Of a stretch of DNA of 64,000 nt, positions 1 to 13,369 are shown in pieces; position 1 is the stretch's first letter, and the number at the start of each line of letters is the position of its first letter. Location of the stretch: NCBI GenBank assembly GCA_030141605.1, contig JAQGDQ010000062.1, positions 124,001 through 188,000 on the forward strand, in the 5' to 3' direction. The DNA comes from Tubiluchus corallicola. Lineage: Eukaryota; Animalia; Priapulida. The notes beneath the pieces are model-generated. The model was not told where the DNA came from, ran no database searches, and saw nothing but the letters and a program-made list of their open reading frames with translations. The translations under genes and the position numbers were made by a program.

Positions 1-104
1 CTCTCACCCCTTTCCACTTGTATGGGCAAACGATGAAATCGATTGCAGGGGTTCTTCAACACTGTTGCACCTTTATTATTCTTCAAAATTTACCTCACCA
101 ACTT

Positions 105-2250
105 ATTTCAAAACGATTTTCTTATAAAACAAACAATCATTGACACATTTGGATGATTTCAACAAATTTTCATTACAACAGCTTTTAACATCCTCTGTTG
201 AGACTTCACCTAGATTTTCTCTAATCCTTTTATATTTGCTACAAGTAAATAAATGGTCCGTTGTGTCTAATTACTATCGCACATGGGACATATTAAATTT
301 CTTATAAATGAACCATTAAAATTTGCTTTTACTTTGACCGTATTAAGTCTTAAATCCAAAATAGTTTTAACTTCTGCATGACTGAATTTTGTAAAATAAT
401 CCTTCTGTTCCCATTTGTTGCTTTCCAGAAATCTTAATTTTGAGCTCTTATTTATATTTTCACTGCATTTTTCTTGTATCACAGATGTTATTTTAAATTT
501 TATGTATTTTTTCCAATGTGATTTCTTTTGATTTTTCACATATTCCTTGTCAATGTTAATTCCATAAATGTTTGCCATTTTTTCAATTTCACTATACCAA
601 TTATCATCATGCCTGTATTTCATTTACTGTGCTACAACCTTGTTGGCTAACTTCTCACTTCCTGATATTAAAAGAGTTCTATAAAACATAAATTTTTTGT
701 ACCAAATACGTTCTTCATTTGGCCAAATTTCCACTTCTGATATTAACCCCCAGTAACTTGTAGTTTTATCCATTCCCAACATAATTCCTATTGACTTACC
801 TTGAATACTTTCCAATTCTTCATACTCATTTATTTTCATGTTTGACCAAGTTTCAGAATTATGAATTAAAGATGGTATTGCAAGTGATTCATAAAGTTTT
901 AGATTTATTTCTACTGACATTATTCCTACATTATTAATATTTGCCAAGGAGTTAATATTGTTAATTTTTAATTTGTTCTGCTCTTTTCGCTTTTCAATTA
1001 ACGTCTTATAAGTGTTTTCCTCATTTAGCTAATCACCAAGGTATTTATAGCTTTGTGTTTCTCCTTTGCTAATTTTTACTTTAAGTGGGGGAATTCTTTT
1101 CTTTCCAGTCATCTTTGTTTGCTTTGACTGCTTTTTTTTAACACTGAACTTTATTCCTTTTAATTCTGTTTTCCTACAATTTTTAATCATTAGTCCATAA
1201 ACCACAGCAACACTGTTTTGAATTTATAAGTGACAAATTTTCTTTTTTAAGCACCTTCAAAAGTTCCTTTCCAGGCCACGTTACATCAGCACTGTTTCCT
1301 TGAATAACACTTCCCACTTTGGCATTGAAATCACCAACCAACAACACCTTTTGGTAATTCGCCTTAGCAAAGTGTACCTGTTTTTCAATATCAGCACAAA
1401 TTTTCCTAATAACTTTACATTCTGTTCAACATTCTTTCGGAGCATACACCACCCCCATTCTTATATTTATTCTCTTATTACTTATTAGAACCCAAAGGAT
1501 TTCTCCTGAATTTTGCTCCTCTTACACAATTACGCTCAATTTGTCCATGTCTTATTTAACTGCAAAAAGTACACCTCCTCCAGCTTTGTTACGATTCAGC
1601 TGATGTATTTTGTAACCTTCAAACTCAATTACATCTTCATCACCTAATGCCACAACTGTAGGATTAACATCTTGAATTGTGCTGTTAACAGATTCTAATT
1701 TTGAGTTCAATCCCCTACAGTTACTATACAGCACTTTAAAGTTTTTGAACTTATTTAAATTTTTCCTAGATCTTTTAACTTTTCTATTTGTGTTGAGTTT
1801 TTTGTATTTATTTCTTTTCTTTCACGGCACTTATTTCTTTTGTCTTTATCACTCGTTTCCTGATCACTTGAACTATCACTATTTCTGAAGTACACTCTCT
1901 TTTCGTCTTCAGTAAAATAGTCTGTATTTGCATTTCTGTCCATAACAACATTCATCTCCATATTTAAAATTCCAGCACAAATTTGCCTTACCGTTGATTT
2001 CATCTCTGACATAGAAATGCCGAAACCTGCATCTATTTCCTACCTACAGTACTTTCCATTTTCTAAAAAGGCACAAATTTTGGTTTTATTTTCTTCTTTA
2101 TTCCAGTTTTTACCACTAGTGCCATTCCAGTTTCTGGCATTCATTTTTTGATCTTACTCCTCTTTAGTCCAGTAATGCCTGAATGTACACTGCCCTTCAG
2201 ATCTGCACCAAACACCATTGCTAAAATTTCTGTATGTAGCACTACTCTTG
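105..2250 (-). mobile_element. Decayed, internally deleted non-LTR retrotransposon (RTE/RTEX-like): ORF1 end with CCCH fingers, APE endonuclease start, RT C-terminus, CCHC knuckle
   Basis: Minus-strand fragments lie in colinear order: APE N-terminus (VLYSNCRGLNSK...NRNKAGGGVLFAVK, then a GVxYAP-like motif), RT end (YKYLGD; LYESLAIPSLIHNSETW) and C-terminal CPMCDSN*DTTDHLFTC. Many stops and frameshifts; most of the RT core is missing. Clade is inferred from motif memory. Confidence 0.85.
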
Positions 2251-3196
2251 AGGTGAGGCCCGAACTGCCAAGTTGAGGTTTACTGGTATTGTAACAAGGA
2301 GGTGATATGCGGGGATGTAGAGTAAGTGTTAATGACCTATGTAGTAGTGATTTCGAGGGTGGAACTAAAAGTTTGTAATGCAGTAGATTTGTAATGCGGT
2401 TGGTCTTATAAAGTATTGTAGCAGCTGGCCACCTACACTGTGAATTTTATGAAATTTGTGAATATTTAATTTGTGCTTGCAATAATACAATGCAGCATTA
2501 TTAAACCTGCTGGTATCTGGGTTTATATAAGATTTGAGGCTACAATTCCGTCGACTGCTGCAACCATTAACGAGGGCGGTGTCGGTAAATTTAGCGACAG
2601 AGTCAGTGACTCCTACAATCGCCATTTTCCCAGACACAACCTTGTGATTTTTTCTAAATTTTGTCCGAAGACCATATAGAAAAAATGTTCTAGCGGCATC
2701 TGTTGGGGCCTTGGAGAGATGTTTATATAGTTTTCCAGGAATAGGATGAATGGAGTTACCCGGTGATGTGGGTCACTTTTATAATCGCATTGAGTGGGAG
2801 AAAGAGTTGCGATTTGGTTGGTGGTTCCATTTCGACTGATTCCCTCACAGAAAACTACGTACAGATAGCTGCTATTGTATTCTGCCTACAGATAGCTTAT
2901 AGTTTAAAAGCTGCTAGCTATTATTATGCTGTACACTATAATATATAAACATCTTTGAAATATTAGCTTGCAAACACTATGTAGAATGTTTGCACATTAA
3001 TGATCATCAGTGTGGTTCTTGGGCATTTGTAATTTCACACAATTTCAACTATGTGCAAAATGTTTTTGCGCACATTTTACTTGGCTGCTGGTTTTTGTCT
3101 TCTTGTTGTTTTTGTCGTCATTGTTGCCATCAGCATCACCACCAGTAGCGGAGCCGGAAGCATGAAGTGGGTAGTGTGATGTGGTTGGTGTGGGTA

Positions 3197-4481
3197 CAGT
3201 AAGTCCTCGCTTAACGATGCTAATGCGTTTCAGCAAAACGAAAGTTTCCCATACGAAACTCTTCCATAAGAAACAATGTAAAATGCATTCCAGGAGCAAA
3301 AATCAATAGTGCTTGGCTATGTATAAACGTTCAGTTGCTTACACAGGGCGAAAACCACTGAAGCGTGCTTGTGTTAAAAGATTCAATTTTCTTGCAGGAG
3401 AAAAATCAGTAAAATTGGGGTAATAAATTATACACTTTATATGGTTTATTGCTTAAAGGTGCTTTCTTGTTATGTTTCTAAATGACAGGCAGGCGCTCTT
3501 TTGAATAACCCTTCAATGCTCGTGATTGTCAGAGCGTTAAACCAGTAGTGCCTTTCATATCACCTGCTGCGTTGCCTCCCAACAGCAGTGTGAATCTGTC
3601 TTTCGCTGGTTTGAAACCAGGTGCTGATCTTCCTTCCTGCGATATATAAGTGAGTGCTGGCATTCTTTTCCAAATGAGTCGCATTGCAATGACATTAAAA
3701 ACTTGTTTGCTTTGAATAACCGCCACATGTGATTATAGTCTTCAATCTCTGCTGCTTCAGCGTCTGTGCTGGCCGCTTCCCCTGTAATTTTAATATTGTG
3801 ATAATGGTAACATTTTTTGAACCGCTGAAACCATCATTTTGACTTGTAGTAAATGTTTCTTCCACACCGAGAAAAGTTGCTCTGCTTTTTCGATTGCTGA
3901 AGTCCTCGTTCTGATAATCCTTGCAGCGCCTGACGGTGTTGCTCTTTTTGCACTCACTCTCACTTTTGCTGCATTTTTGTGAATTGTCTTGACAGTAGAC
4001 GGCGGTAAATTTAGAGCTTTACTAATGTCTACTGCTCTTTCACCAGCTTCATAACAGTTCAAAATGTTCAATTTTGTCTCAAGCGTAATTGTTTTTTTTT
4101 TTTTGTTTAGCACTGGCTGTGACACCTGAGAAATATTGCTAAAGTTGTGTTTGTGACAGCTAAAATGCAAATGAGGTGAACGCAGCAATTAACTATGTGA
4201 CACGAGAGAGTTTTTCAGCTGAAACTTTTGCGTTTTACCAAGAAGAGTTTTATCTAAGCGTGGGAAAGCAATGAATCATCATGGCCTGCCTGTTTAGTTG
4301 TGCTCTGGGCTTCTTGATAGAGTATAAGCGCAACAAATAAGATTTCAGTGTTTAACGTAAGGCAAAAAAAATCGTCTTTAAAGCGAAACATGCGACGTTA
4401 AGTGACAAAAATGTGTCAAATGATTAGTGTCATTAAAACAAAGCATTCCTAAGCTGGGAGTCGTTAAGCGAGGACTTACTG
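3197..4481 (-). mobile_element. Tigger/pogo-family DNA transposon, internally deleted (1285 bp)
   Basis: Perfect 21-bp TIRs CAGTAAGTCCTCGCTTAACGA (3197) / TCGTTAAGCGAGGACTTACTG (ends 4481), each flanked by TA. Minus-strand transposase remnants: CENP-B/psq HTH (KKTITLETKLNIL...LNLPPSTVKTIHKN) and start of the DDE region (QVFN...WKRMPALTYIS...APGFKPAKDRFTLLLGGNAAGD). Confidence 0.95.
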
Positions 4482-4483
4482 TA

Positions 4484-4698
4484 TAGTGTGATGAGGTAGT
4501 TGTGGGTGGTGCACGTGGAGTTGTGTGGTGGGTGTGGTATGATATAGATGGTGTGGTGTGGATGGTATGGTGTGGGTGGTGTTGTATGGATGGTTAGGTG
4601 TGGCTTGGTGGTTGTTGTGGTATGGTGTAATATGGTATGGTATGAGTAATGTGGTATGGGTAGTGTGATATGGGTGGTGTGGCATGGGTTGTGGATTT
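4484..4698. repeat. G/T-rich low-complexity tract (GTGGT/ATGGT-like units), continuous with 3165-3196 before the Tigger inserted
   Basis: Strongly strand-biased degenerate repeats such as gtggtatggtgtg; the same texture is present immediately left of the Tigger. Confidence 0.75.
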
Positions 4699-6406
4699 AT
4701 GCACAAAATTTCTTACGGTTTTGGCTAGTAATATTGTTAAAGTTATTTGGGATAATAGGATAGGATTGAAACTGAAAAATGATAATGACTCGAGATACAT
4801 ATGTGTATTTGTTACACATATCATCATCTCAGGAAGGCAGCAGCCTATGTGGGACAAGGACCTTGAATATTTTTTGATGAACAAACTTTTGAACAATTTG
4901 CAACATTGTAACAAGTAAACAAAAGCTGTAAACATTTTTCGAACCAACTGTTGGTCCTACAATGTGCGTACGCAGTGAAAACTGCTGGTAGCTTTCAAAT
5001 GCGTAGATCTTCCATGTCGTTAGCACTGCCCATGTTTCGGTTATTCAGTTAATAGGGAAATTTTACATCTCAGTCTAGCCTCTATGTGTATGAAATAATT
5101 AACATGTCAGTTTTGCATGTAGACAGATCCAGCCACACTTGCAAAAAGCTGCAGAATAAATAACAGGGGGTCTTTTGCCAAACCTGCAGAATGGAATGTA
5201 CGTGTTGCTTAAGCATACGTGAATTTTGACCAGAATGTGTATACGGTAGTAGTAGTGTTACGTGATCCTTTTTCTGTAAACAAAAGTACAATATAAAGAA
5301 GTTTTTGTCTGAAATACATGCGCAGTAATGCGTACGCAATTCTTGATGTCAGGTAAATGCAATTTCACAGTTTTTAGTGATTTTAAAATTACGGTCTGTT
5401 ATTATAGATATTTTTATACAGATTAACACCACCTGTTTTCATTGTAGAATTTTCATGCGCAAAAGTGAATTCTGATACAAACAACATGTGATAGTAAATA
5501 TTATTATAAATAACATTGATATAGTACAAATAAAGGACTTGTTTTCAGCTAAATAATCTTGTCTGTGATAACACTACAGACAGCTTTATTGATGTATAGA
5601 CCATCCTTTGCATTACTAGATGTATATGACTTTGTTCAGGTTGCTTGCATTTATGAGGAGTAATTAGTAATTTTTATCTGTCCTGTTATCATATTCTGAG
5701 TTGGACGCTAATTCAAACCAAATAACTGGAAATTTGGTAATTTTTTGTTATGTGTTTATGTAGTAAAATCGCCACCCCAAAAACCTTAACCTTGAAATAG
5801 TGAAAATTTTGATATAAAAACAGTTTCCATTATTTTTAGGATATGATTTTCCCCATCAGAGTTTCTATTATTTTTTTTGACCGGTAGGGTTATACTAGTA
5901 CATATATATATATATATATTTGTGCCTCAAGAGAACTTAATTTAATGTTCTGATTGAAAAATTTTTGCCTTTTCTTTTGGTACCTACATAGAGGTTTGGC
6001 CAGTAGGTGAGTATTGTACTGAAGTAGAGTTTTAGATGCCTTACATATTAATAGTGCTTCACCTTGAGACTTATAAATATTTGAGTGAAAACTTGTCTTT
6101 GAAAATTACTTCTTTTTTTTGTTTATTTAATAATGTAAATTTGGTTTTGTTGTTTGTTTATGCAGAGCTTTTTTTAACTACATTTAAATGATTCTTTTTT
6201 GTTTTGACGGCTTTACACTTTGTAAAACGGTTAGGTATTAAATTTTTCCATCTGCCTGCAGCTACAGAAATGAGTTTTTATATTAATTTCTGAATTAGTA
6301 TCAGATGCATATTTTCCTTTTTTTATACTGTGTTACTTATCTTTTTTGTTTGTTAGTTTTGGGCCGTTCAAGAAATCAGCAACTGAATTTTCTGTTCTGT
6401 TTTACA

Positions 6407-9400
6407 ATGTCTGGTGAGGTTCCTGATGGCTGGGAGACAAAGGAAAGCAGGCGAACAGGTAGCCACCATCTTCTGCTAAACGTAGAGAACTGATTTTGTA
6501 GTCGGTGAATTTATATGGTACTTTGCCAATCAAATGACTTGTGTTGCAATTTACTGATGAACTTGTTACACTACTAGAGTTTATAAATGTAGAGTATAAG
6601 TACTGACGTAAGTAGAAACAGTAGGTACATTCTTTGTGCCGTAATTTAAGCCAAAATTAATTTATTTCAATCAGAGCCTTACATGAAGAAAAAACAATAC
6701 TGTCGTTTACGTACTTGTGATGGGTTGACCAGTTTGTTGAAATTATAGTAGATTACAGTCTAGCTTTCCTTAAACCTAAACACCTCCAAAACCCTAACAA
6801 AGAAAGTAAACTACCGTATTTTCCCGTGTATAAGAGACCCTTGTGTATAAGAGACCCCTTCAATTTTTAGGCAAAAATTCTGGAAAAAAGTTTTTTCAGA
6901 CGGACATTTTTAGAGGGTAGAGTACAACTTTTTTCAACTCAGTGCGGTACTGAAAACAAAATAAAACCAGTTAATGTGTTGTAGAAAAAGAGTACTGGTA
7001 TATATTAAAGTGCGTACCTGCAAACCTGTAACAGGAAAAGAGAAAACGAGGAGATAATGCCTGTGTCACGATGCTTGTATTGCTTACAACCGCTTCATAG
7101 TCGAACGCGACACGCAAAACAGTTGTAGAGCACTTATTTCTTTAAAATCATTAGTGTCACAATTTATGCATCTTATTGAAAAGACTTACTCCCATGTATA
7201 AGAGACCCCCTATTTTTAAAGTGAAAATTCTGAGCAAAAAAGGGTCTCTTATACACGGGAAAATACGGTATATGCCAGGTAAAGACCAGGGATTAAATTT
7301 TTTATTATGTTTCTAATAGGTCAGATATACTACGTAAATAAGTACACAAAAGAAAGTCAATGGGAAACGCCAACAGAACCTGCTGTAAAACAGCCTTCGA
7401 AGTCAGGAGAACAGGTACGAGTGTTAAGATTTCGCATGTCATTGGAATTTGTAAATTACATGTTCTTACAATATGAAAATTTGCTTTTGTGTTTTTATAT
7501 TCTTGTATAGATTGACTCATTCCATGTAGTCATTCCCGATATCTGTGTTTTTCACACATCTTAGCCTGCAACTTAGGTTGTTTACAAAGTATGCTAGTGA
7601 TTATATTAAATAGGTATAATTGAAACATCCTTCTCATTTTAGCATAAGATTCAGTTTTACAACTAAGCAAGATTTTCATTGAAGAATTCAGGTTGCATAT
7701 TAAAGTGTTTTTATTGTCATGCGTAACTTTGGTCCCAAGACAGGATAATAATTTTGTAACAACATGAGTAAAAGTTCTAGAATTTTACTTTTACAAGCAG
7801 TAGACTTAATTCATTTGAGACCAGCATTTTGGCACAAAAACCTTGATCTCGTGCACATGTCATTGATTAAAATGATTAAATCCCTTTGCGACAATATGCT
7901 ATACACTTTTTAGTCATGTATATATAACAGTGACACACTTTCTGAAATTAGTGACAAAGTGTTGCTAAACATTTATTCATTTTTAGCATTTTTCAGTGCA
8001 TGATAAATGTACCTGCTTACAAACAATATTGTTCTTAAAATGACTGTTTCTACGTAGATTATAGTACACAAAAGGAAGTAAAGATCACACGAAAACCTTA
8101 ATAAGAGTTCTTTTGTCTCGCAAAAGTATTTTATTTTAAGCACATGAAGCTAAAAATATTGAGGCAATTATGCTGAGTTAGTTATGTCAATTGTCGATTG
8201 TTTTTATGTACATTTGAGTAGGAGCGGCCAGTACCAGATGATTAATTAAGCAACTGATTCTACTAATCGTCTAATAAAGTCTAATAAGCGGTGTCTACTT
8301 CGTATTGTATTCACTAGTGTTTGCCTTTTGATACAACGTTGTTGCCATAACAATGCAACACCATTGTTGTACATGTAAGACTTTGGGGGAGGATGCTATC
8401 GCTTGTACATTTTGTTATTATGCACATCGCACACGGGCCTATTTGTAAATGTTGTTTCTTGTTCCTTTATTAGACCCTTAGAGGGAGAATTGGCATGAGT
8501 GTGTCGGAAACTAACTTATTTCTGAATATTTAATATATACAAATATTACATACATAATGTTTGTATGTATTTTGCATAATACATACGTAAGTTAGAGCTT
8601 TCAAATTCATAATAGCAAGAGAGAGATGAGTTTCATAAATACGTAAATATCCCACAATCTCAACGAATTTGACATTATTTTTTATTATGAATTTCAACAT
8701 TTCCACTCCACACCAGCATAACGAAAAGGATATAACATTTGTTGATACTGTGAGGTGTTTTGTCAAACATACATAATTTATGTATTTTAGGTTGAAGCGT
8801 CACATTTGCTAGTGAAACATCGCGAGTCTCGACGCCCATCATCTTGGAGGGAGGATCAGATTATGAGGACAAAAGAGGAAGCACTAGAGATTCTTAAAAG
8901 TAAGTATTTTGGTGTACTGTGAAAGCAAGTTTATAGCTTTAATGGGTTTTAAATAATGACAAAAAGCTTTTGCATCTTAAAAAAATTAAGTACCAAAAAG
9001 TACCAGTTGTTAGAAGAATGCGTTTATTTAGTTTTGCTTGAAAATAGTGAACACGGAGCACTTATTGTAAATTTTAACAATAATTACGCAAAAAATTTTC
9101 CAACATTTATTGTTTTTGACTTGCTGATTTAAAATTCCTGTATCTTTGGAAAGTCTAAGGAATGAGGTAAAATTTTTACTTTTTGTACAAAAAATATGTG
9201 CAACTTTTATGGTAATTTTCAAAAGATTCTATTATTTTCTTCTGTTATCAAAAGTTTGGCTCATTTTTTGCGGCATTTAATATGAAAGTGTTTTAACAGA
9301 TCTTTGCATAGTGAACTTATGTAATATGTGCTATAGGTTATAGGGCTAAAATAGATTCTAAGGAAGCCACATTCGAAGAATTAGCCAGCAAATTTAGCGA

Positions 9401-9557
9401 CTGTAGCTCAGCAAAGCGTGGAGGAGATCTTGGGCCATTTGGTAGAGGAGCCATGCAGAAACCTTTTGAAGATGCAGCCTTTGCATTAGGTGTTGGTGAA
9501 CTCAGCGAACCTGTCTGGACAGATTCTGGCGTTCACATTATTCTTCGAACTGCATAA
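6407..9557 (+). CDS. PIN1: Peptidyl-prolyl cis-trans isomerase NIMA-interacting 1 (WW + parvulin domain), 158 aa
   Basis: Exons 6407-6458, 7320-7414, 8791-8899, 9337-9557, all GT-AG and phase-consistent (477 nt). WW: [31 protein letters not shown]. PPIase: [16 protein letters not shown]...[30 protein letters not shown]...[12 protein letters not shown]. Confidence 0.97.
6814..7268. mobile_element. Tc1/mariner (Tc2-like, CCGTA-ended) MITE in Pin1 intron, 455 bp
   Basis: TIRs CCGTATTTTCCCGTGTATAAGAGACCC / GGGTCTCTTATACACGGGAAAATACGG with TA on both sides. Internal copies of TGTATAAGAGACCC near 6844 and 7195. No coding capacity. Confidence 0.92.
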
Positions 9558-10010
9558 GTAGCTTCTTCAGTTGCAGTTAAGACTGAGTATTATCAAATTA
9601 ACGGTGGTGTACTATATCTTGTAAATCAGTTAGATATTTAAATTTTCTTATATTTTTATTTCTGTCCAGGACTGCTTTATGTATAGCACCAAACGTATCA
9701 TAATAGCATTATGCATTTATTAAGCATATATAATCCCCACCATAGTTTTTCGATTATTTGTATTCATTCATGTCTATAATACGACTTGGTATAACTAGTG
9801 AACATGACTGTCCAAACCTTGTGAAATATTGTGTTAGCATTATGAAATCATCTTGTTGCTACATGTATTATATACAAGTGAATCTTAAAGTTATGTGGAT
9901 TCTGTTACTGTAACTTCAGATACTATTAGCTCTGTTTTGGAAACGGAAAAAAATCAAAACTATGAGGTTCTTCTGAAGGCGACAGAATAGCTTCGTGATA
10001 ATGGCAGGGT

Positions 10011-10062
10011 AACAAAGGTTAGCAACACTTAGCCTGGTTAGTAAATGCATGGATAACTGCCC
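10011..10062 (+). pseudogene. Degenerate 5S rRNA-like segment (5S pseudogene or 5S-derived SINE fragment)
   Basis: aaggttagcaacacttagcctggttagtaaatgcatggataactgcc resembles the 5S internal control region (GAAGYTAAGCA...GCCTGGTTAGTACTTGGATGGGWGACCGCC). 5' and 3' ends of 5S are not recognisable. Confidence 0.5.
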
Positions 10063-12863
10063 CAAAAATCATCTCTAAGCGGTTTCATCTGACCTGGTGA
10101 AGAACGTGGTACAATCTGGTGGTCCCTAAGACGTTCAGTATTTTATCTTAATGACTTATCCTGCTGTATTCCACCTTGCTATATGTCAAATCGAGTAAAA
10201 TAGCTTCTGAAAAGGTCTTATGAAAAGGATGGCTGTTGCACTTTTTTAAAAGTGTGTCAAAATTGTTTGCAAAGTTTTATCTTAGTTCCCAATAATCACT
10301 GTTTACGGATTAATTTAGTCTTGTTAAATGCAAGAAAGACTTGCGGAGTTGGGATGAACTATGCAGTCATTGCATTGCATTAATGTTAGTAAAAAAAATT
10401 TTTAATACGTTAAGCTGATTCATTTGCTTTATGAGATGTGCTTGTTTTTTCTATAAAATTTGCTTAATAGTGTGATTAGAATTAGTTAGGCTGCACTTAT
10501 GCACTACAATACAGTTTTGTACTGTCAAAGCTTAATCTTGAGAGGCAGTGTTTGTATTCGAAGTCGTTATAAATTAAATTTAAAATTAATTTGATAAAAG
10601 TTTCATTTTGTGTTGTGAATTTTTGCATCACTTTTGTGTAATGTGTATATTTTGGAATCATTTTAAGTGAACTGAAGCTAAACGCATAGTAAATCATAAT
10701 GTGTTTATTGTCATTGTATAATGGCTTTGTGCTCTAAAACAATTTACTGCAGTATCATTCTGCAAAACCTATAAATTTATTCTGTACATTTACAAAGATA
10801 GATAATAAATCTCAGGAAAAAAATTTGGTTCAATAAATTAATTATTACTAAACTTAACCAAAGCCAACATTTTTGCATTACACCTGCAACACTTTGCACT
10901 TCTAATTTTATTAGAAAGTTATTTCTAATAAGAATATTACCTTCCAATTTTATCACTAATGATATTGTGAGTTACATGTTACATTAGCTATCTAAATTTG
11001 TAGTGCTTATTGTTACTAGATACCATTCTTAGATTTAGTACTGTTTGCTAGCTTGTAGCATTATTAATAATTTGCAAACCAAGATTGTGAATAACTAATG
11101 TTGTAAAGAATCAAAGTGGGATGTTTATGAGAAGAATAAGAGTGATGCTAAAAGAAAGACAAAATAATAATGTGCAAGAGGCAGAACAAAAGAGGCGCTT
11201 GTATTGCTTGGAGGCTAACGGATGGGGTAGAGGGATTAGGCATATCGATGTAAGACAGTTCAGAGCGGTTGAGTTAAACTTGTAAAATGCTCTGAAAGCA
11301 ACAAAGTTTATTCACATGATGAAGTGTCAGGAAATAAAAGTTATGGTTGTGGTCAGCAGAACCTCCGAAGTTACTCTGCGACACATTTTAAAGACAACAG
11401 GCCAGCTAAGAGATTCATGTCACTGACTGTGATTAACAAAATTTGGCAGGTAGTACAACAGCAGATTGAGTACCATTTTAAAGCCTTCAATTGTTCAATA
11501 TATCACAGGTTATATCACATGTTAGTCATGTCACGTAGTAATATTAAGTTGTTAAATTGTGGCTCATGTAACAGCGATTATTGTCATATAATCGTATTCT
11601 TAAATTACAGAAGACAGTAATCAGAATGGTGCTTCAAGGTTCTTCAACAATTTCCTCTTCATCAGTATGTCCTTCGCTCTGTAATGCGAGAGAATTTAGC
11701 ACAATTTCCATTCCATATCACATTGACAATTTGTCTTCCTTCGTTCGAACTTCACCGTTTACTTTTCATTCACCTCTTCTTGTTGACACCTGTCATTATC
11801 TTATTATTTTCTTGTATTCTAATATCTGACCTTTTGACACACATTTTTTAGCATTTCACTACAGGTGCTATTAATATCAGCCACATTAATATCACTCACC
11901 ATATGCTGATTTTTTTGACACAGAAGTAAGTGATCTGTTGTTTCTATACACATATCACACTTGCATATTCAGAACCACTTCAAAGAGTTTCAATTATTAA
12001 AATCACCGGATTTATTTCTATATTTCTACAATTTCTTTTTTAACTACTGCAATTCTCTAATTCCATATGATTTTACTACCTTGAATGTTTCCAGGGGGCA
12101 AGACATTCACAATTATAAAAACACTGAAACAGAAACTTAATTCGACACAGGGTTTTACATTCTGTTTTAGTTGTGCGTTCATTAAACATGTAATTTGTGG
12201 CAGTAACGTACCACACTGACAAGGCTTTATTGCTCGTAGCTTGTAAAAAAGGTTTAGGTTTGTAAAAAAATTGTAAACTGTATTGCATTAAAAATATATT
12301 CCACTGCATGTGAACTTCTACATATGCAATTTGTATAGACGTATTGTAACACATTGCTTTGCATTTACATGATGCATCTTTGTCCATGGTACATTATCTA
12401 ACGCATTGATTATCCATTGCTTTTCCATTACTATCCCTCATTTCCTTCCTTTTTGTATCTCCGACCCCTTTGTCTTTTGTTTTTTCGGAGGTTGCGTTGG
12501 GTATATGCAGCAGTATCACCAGCCCATGCTCTAGGTCTCCTCAATCTAATTTGTTATTAACAAGTATTATGAATTAATTTACCATATCCATGTACATTTT
12601 CACACAGACTCTATGATTGTTTATGTTCAGTGTTATCCACAGTCTAATTAACCCGTCTGATCACCAATTATTACTTTCATCTATTGCTTTTTGCTGAACT
12701 TAGAGCAACTTACCCTGATCGGAATATGCCCTTCCATTTTCGGTATCTGTAATTTGCATTATAATGTTATTAGAGAGTTTCGCGTAAGCTTGACAGAATG
12801 ACTTACTTTTAAGATTTTGCTATATGCTATAGCAAAATCTTCTTGATTCTTATACAGTTATTG

Positions 12864-13015
<152 letters not shown>

Positions 13016-13029
13016 ATTATTTGTTCTCC

Positions 13030-13265
13030 ATTAATGTATTTTGTTTAATAGCTCGTTAGCCTTGGAAGCTGCAGTCATGAAACTCACAAAGCCTTGGGCA
13101 AGGGACGTGCAACCTCTGACCTCTGGTCAGTGGTCAGTGTGTCAAGTGCAGCATCTGTCATCCGTTTTTCAGTTGCTCCTAAATCTCCTGCCAGGGCTTC
13201 CACATGTTTCATTTTATGAACTGGGTATGATGCACATTGGTTTCTCAAAGCGAAATGTGTGAGCA
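13030..13265 (-). mobile_element. Possible 3' end of an RTE-clade LINE ending in the (GAAA)n tract
   Basis: The minus strand reads, with frameshifts, PVHKMKH/GSPGRRFRS/EKRMTDAALDTL..DQRSE...KAL. This loosely matches the RTE C-terminal GxRxRGRPxxxW...DRxxWRxxVxAL pattern, and a microsatellite tail follows directly. Confidence 0.4.
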
Positions 13266-13369
13266 ATAGTAGTAATTTTTAACACAAGTAAACAAAGTAT
13301 TTTCAAAGAAGCCGTTTAAATTGATTAGTGGATGAAGCACCTGTGATAATTACATCTAATGAAGAACAA

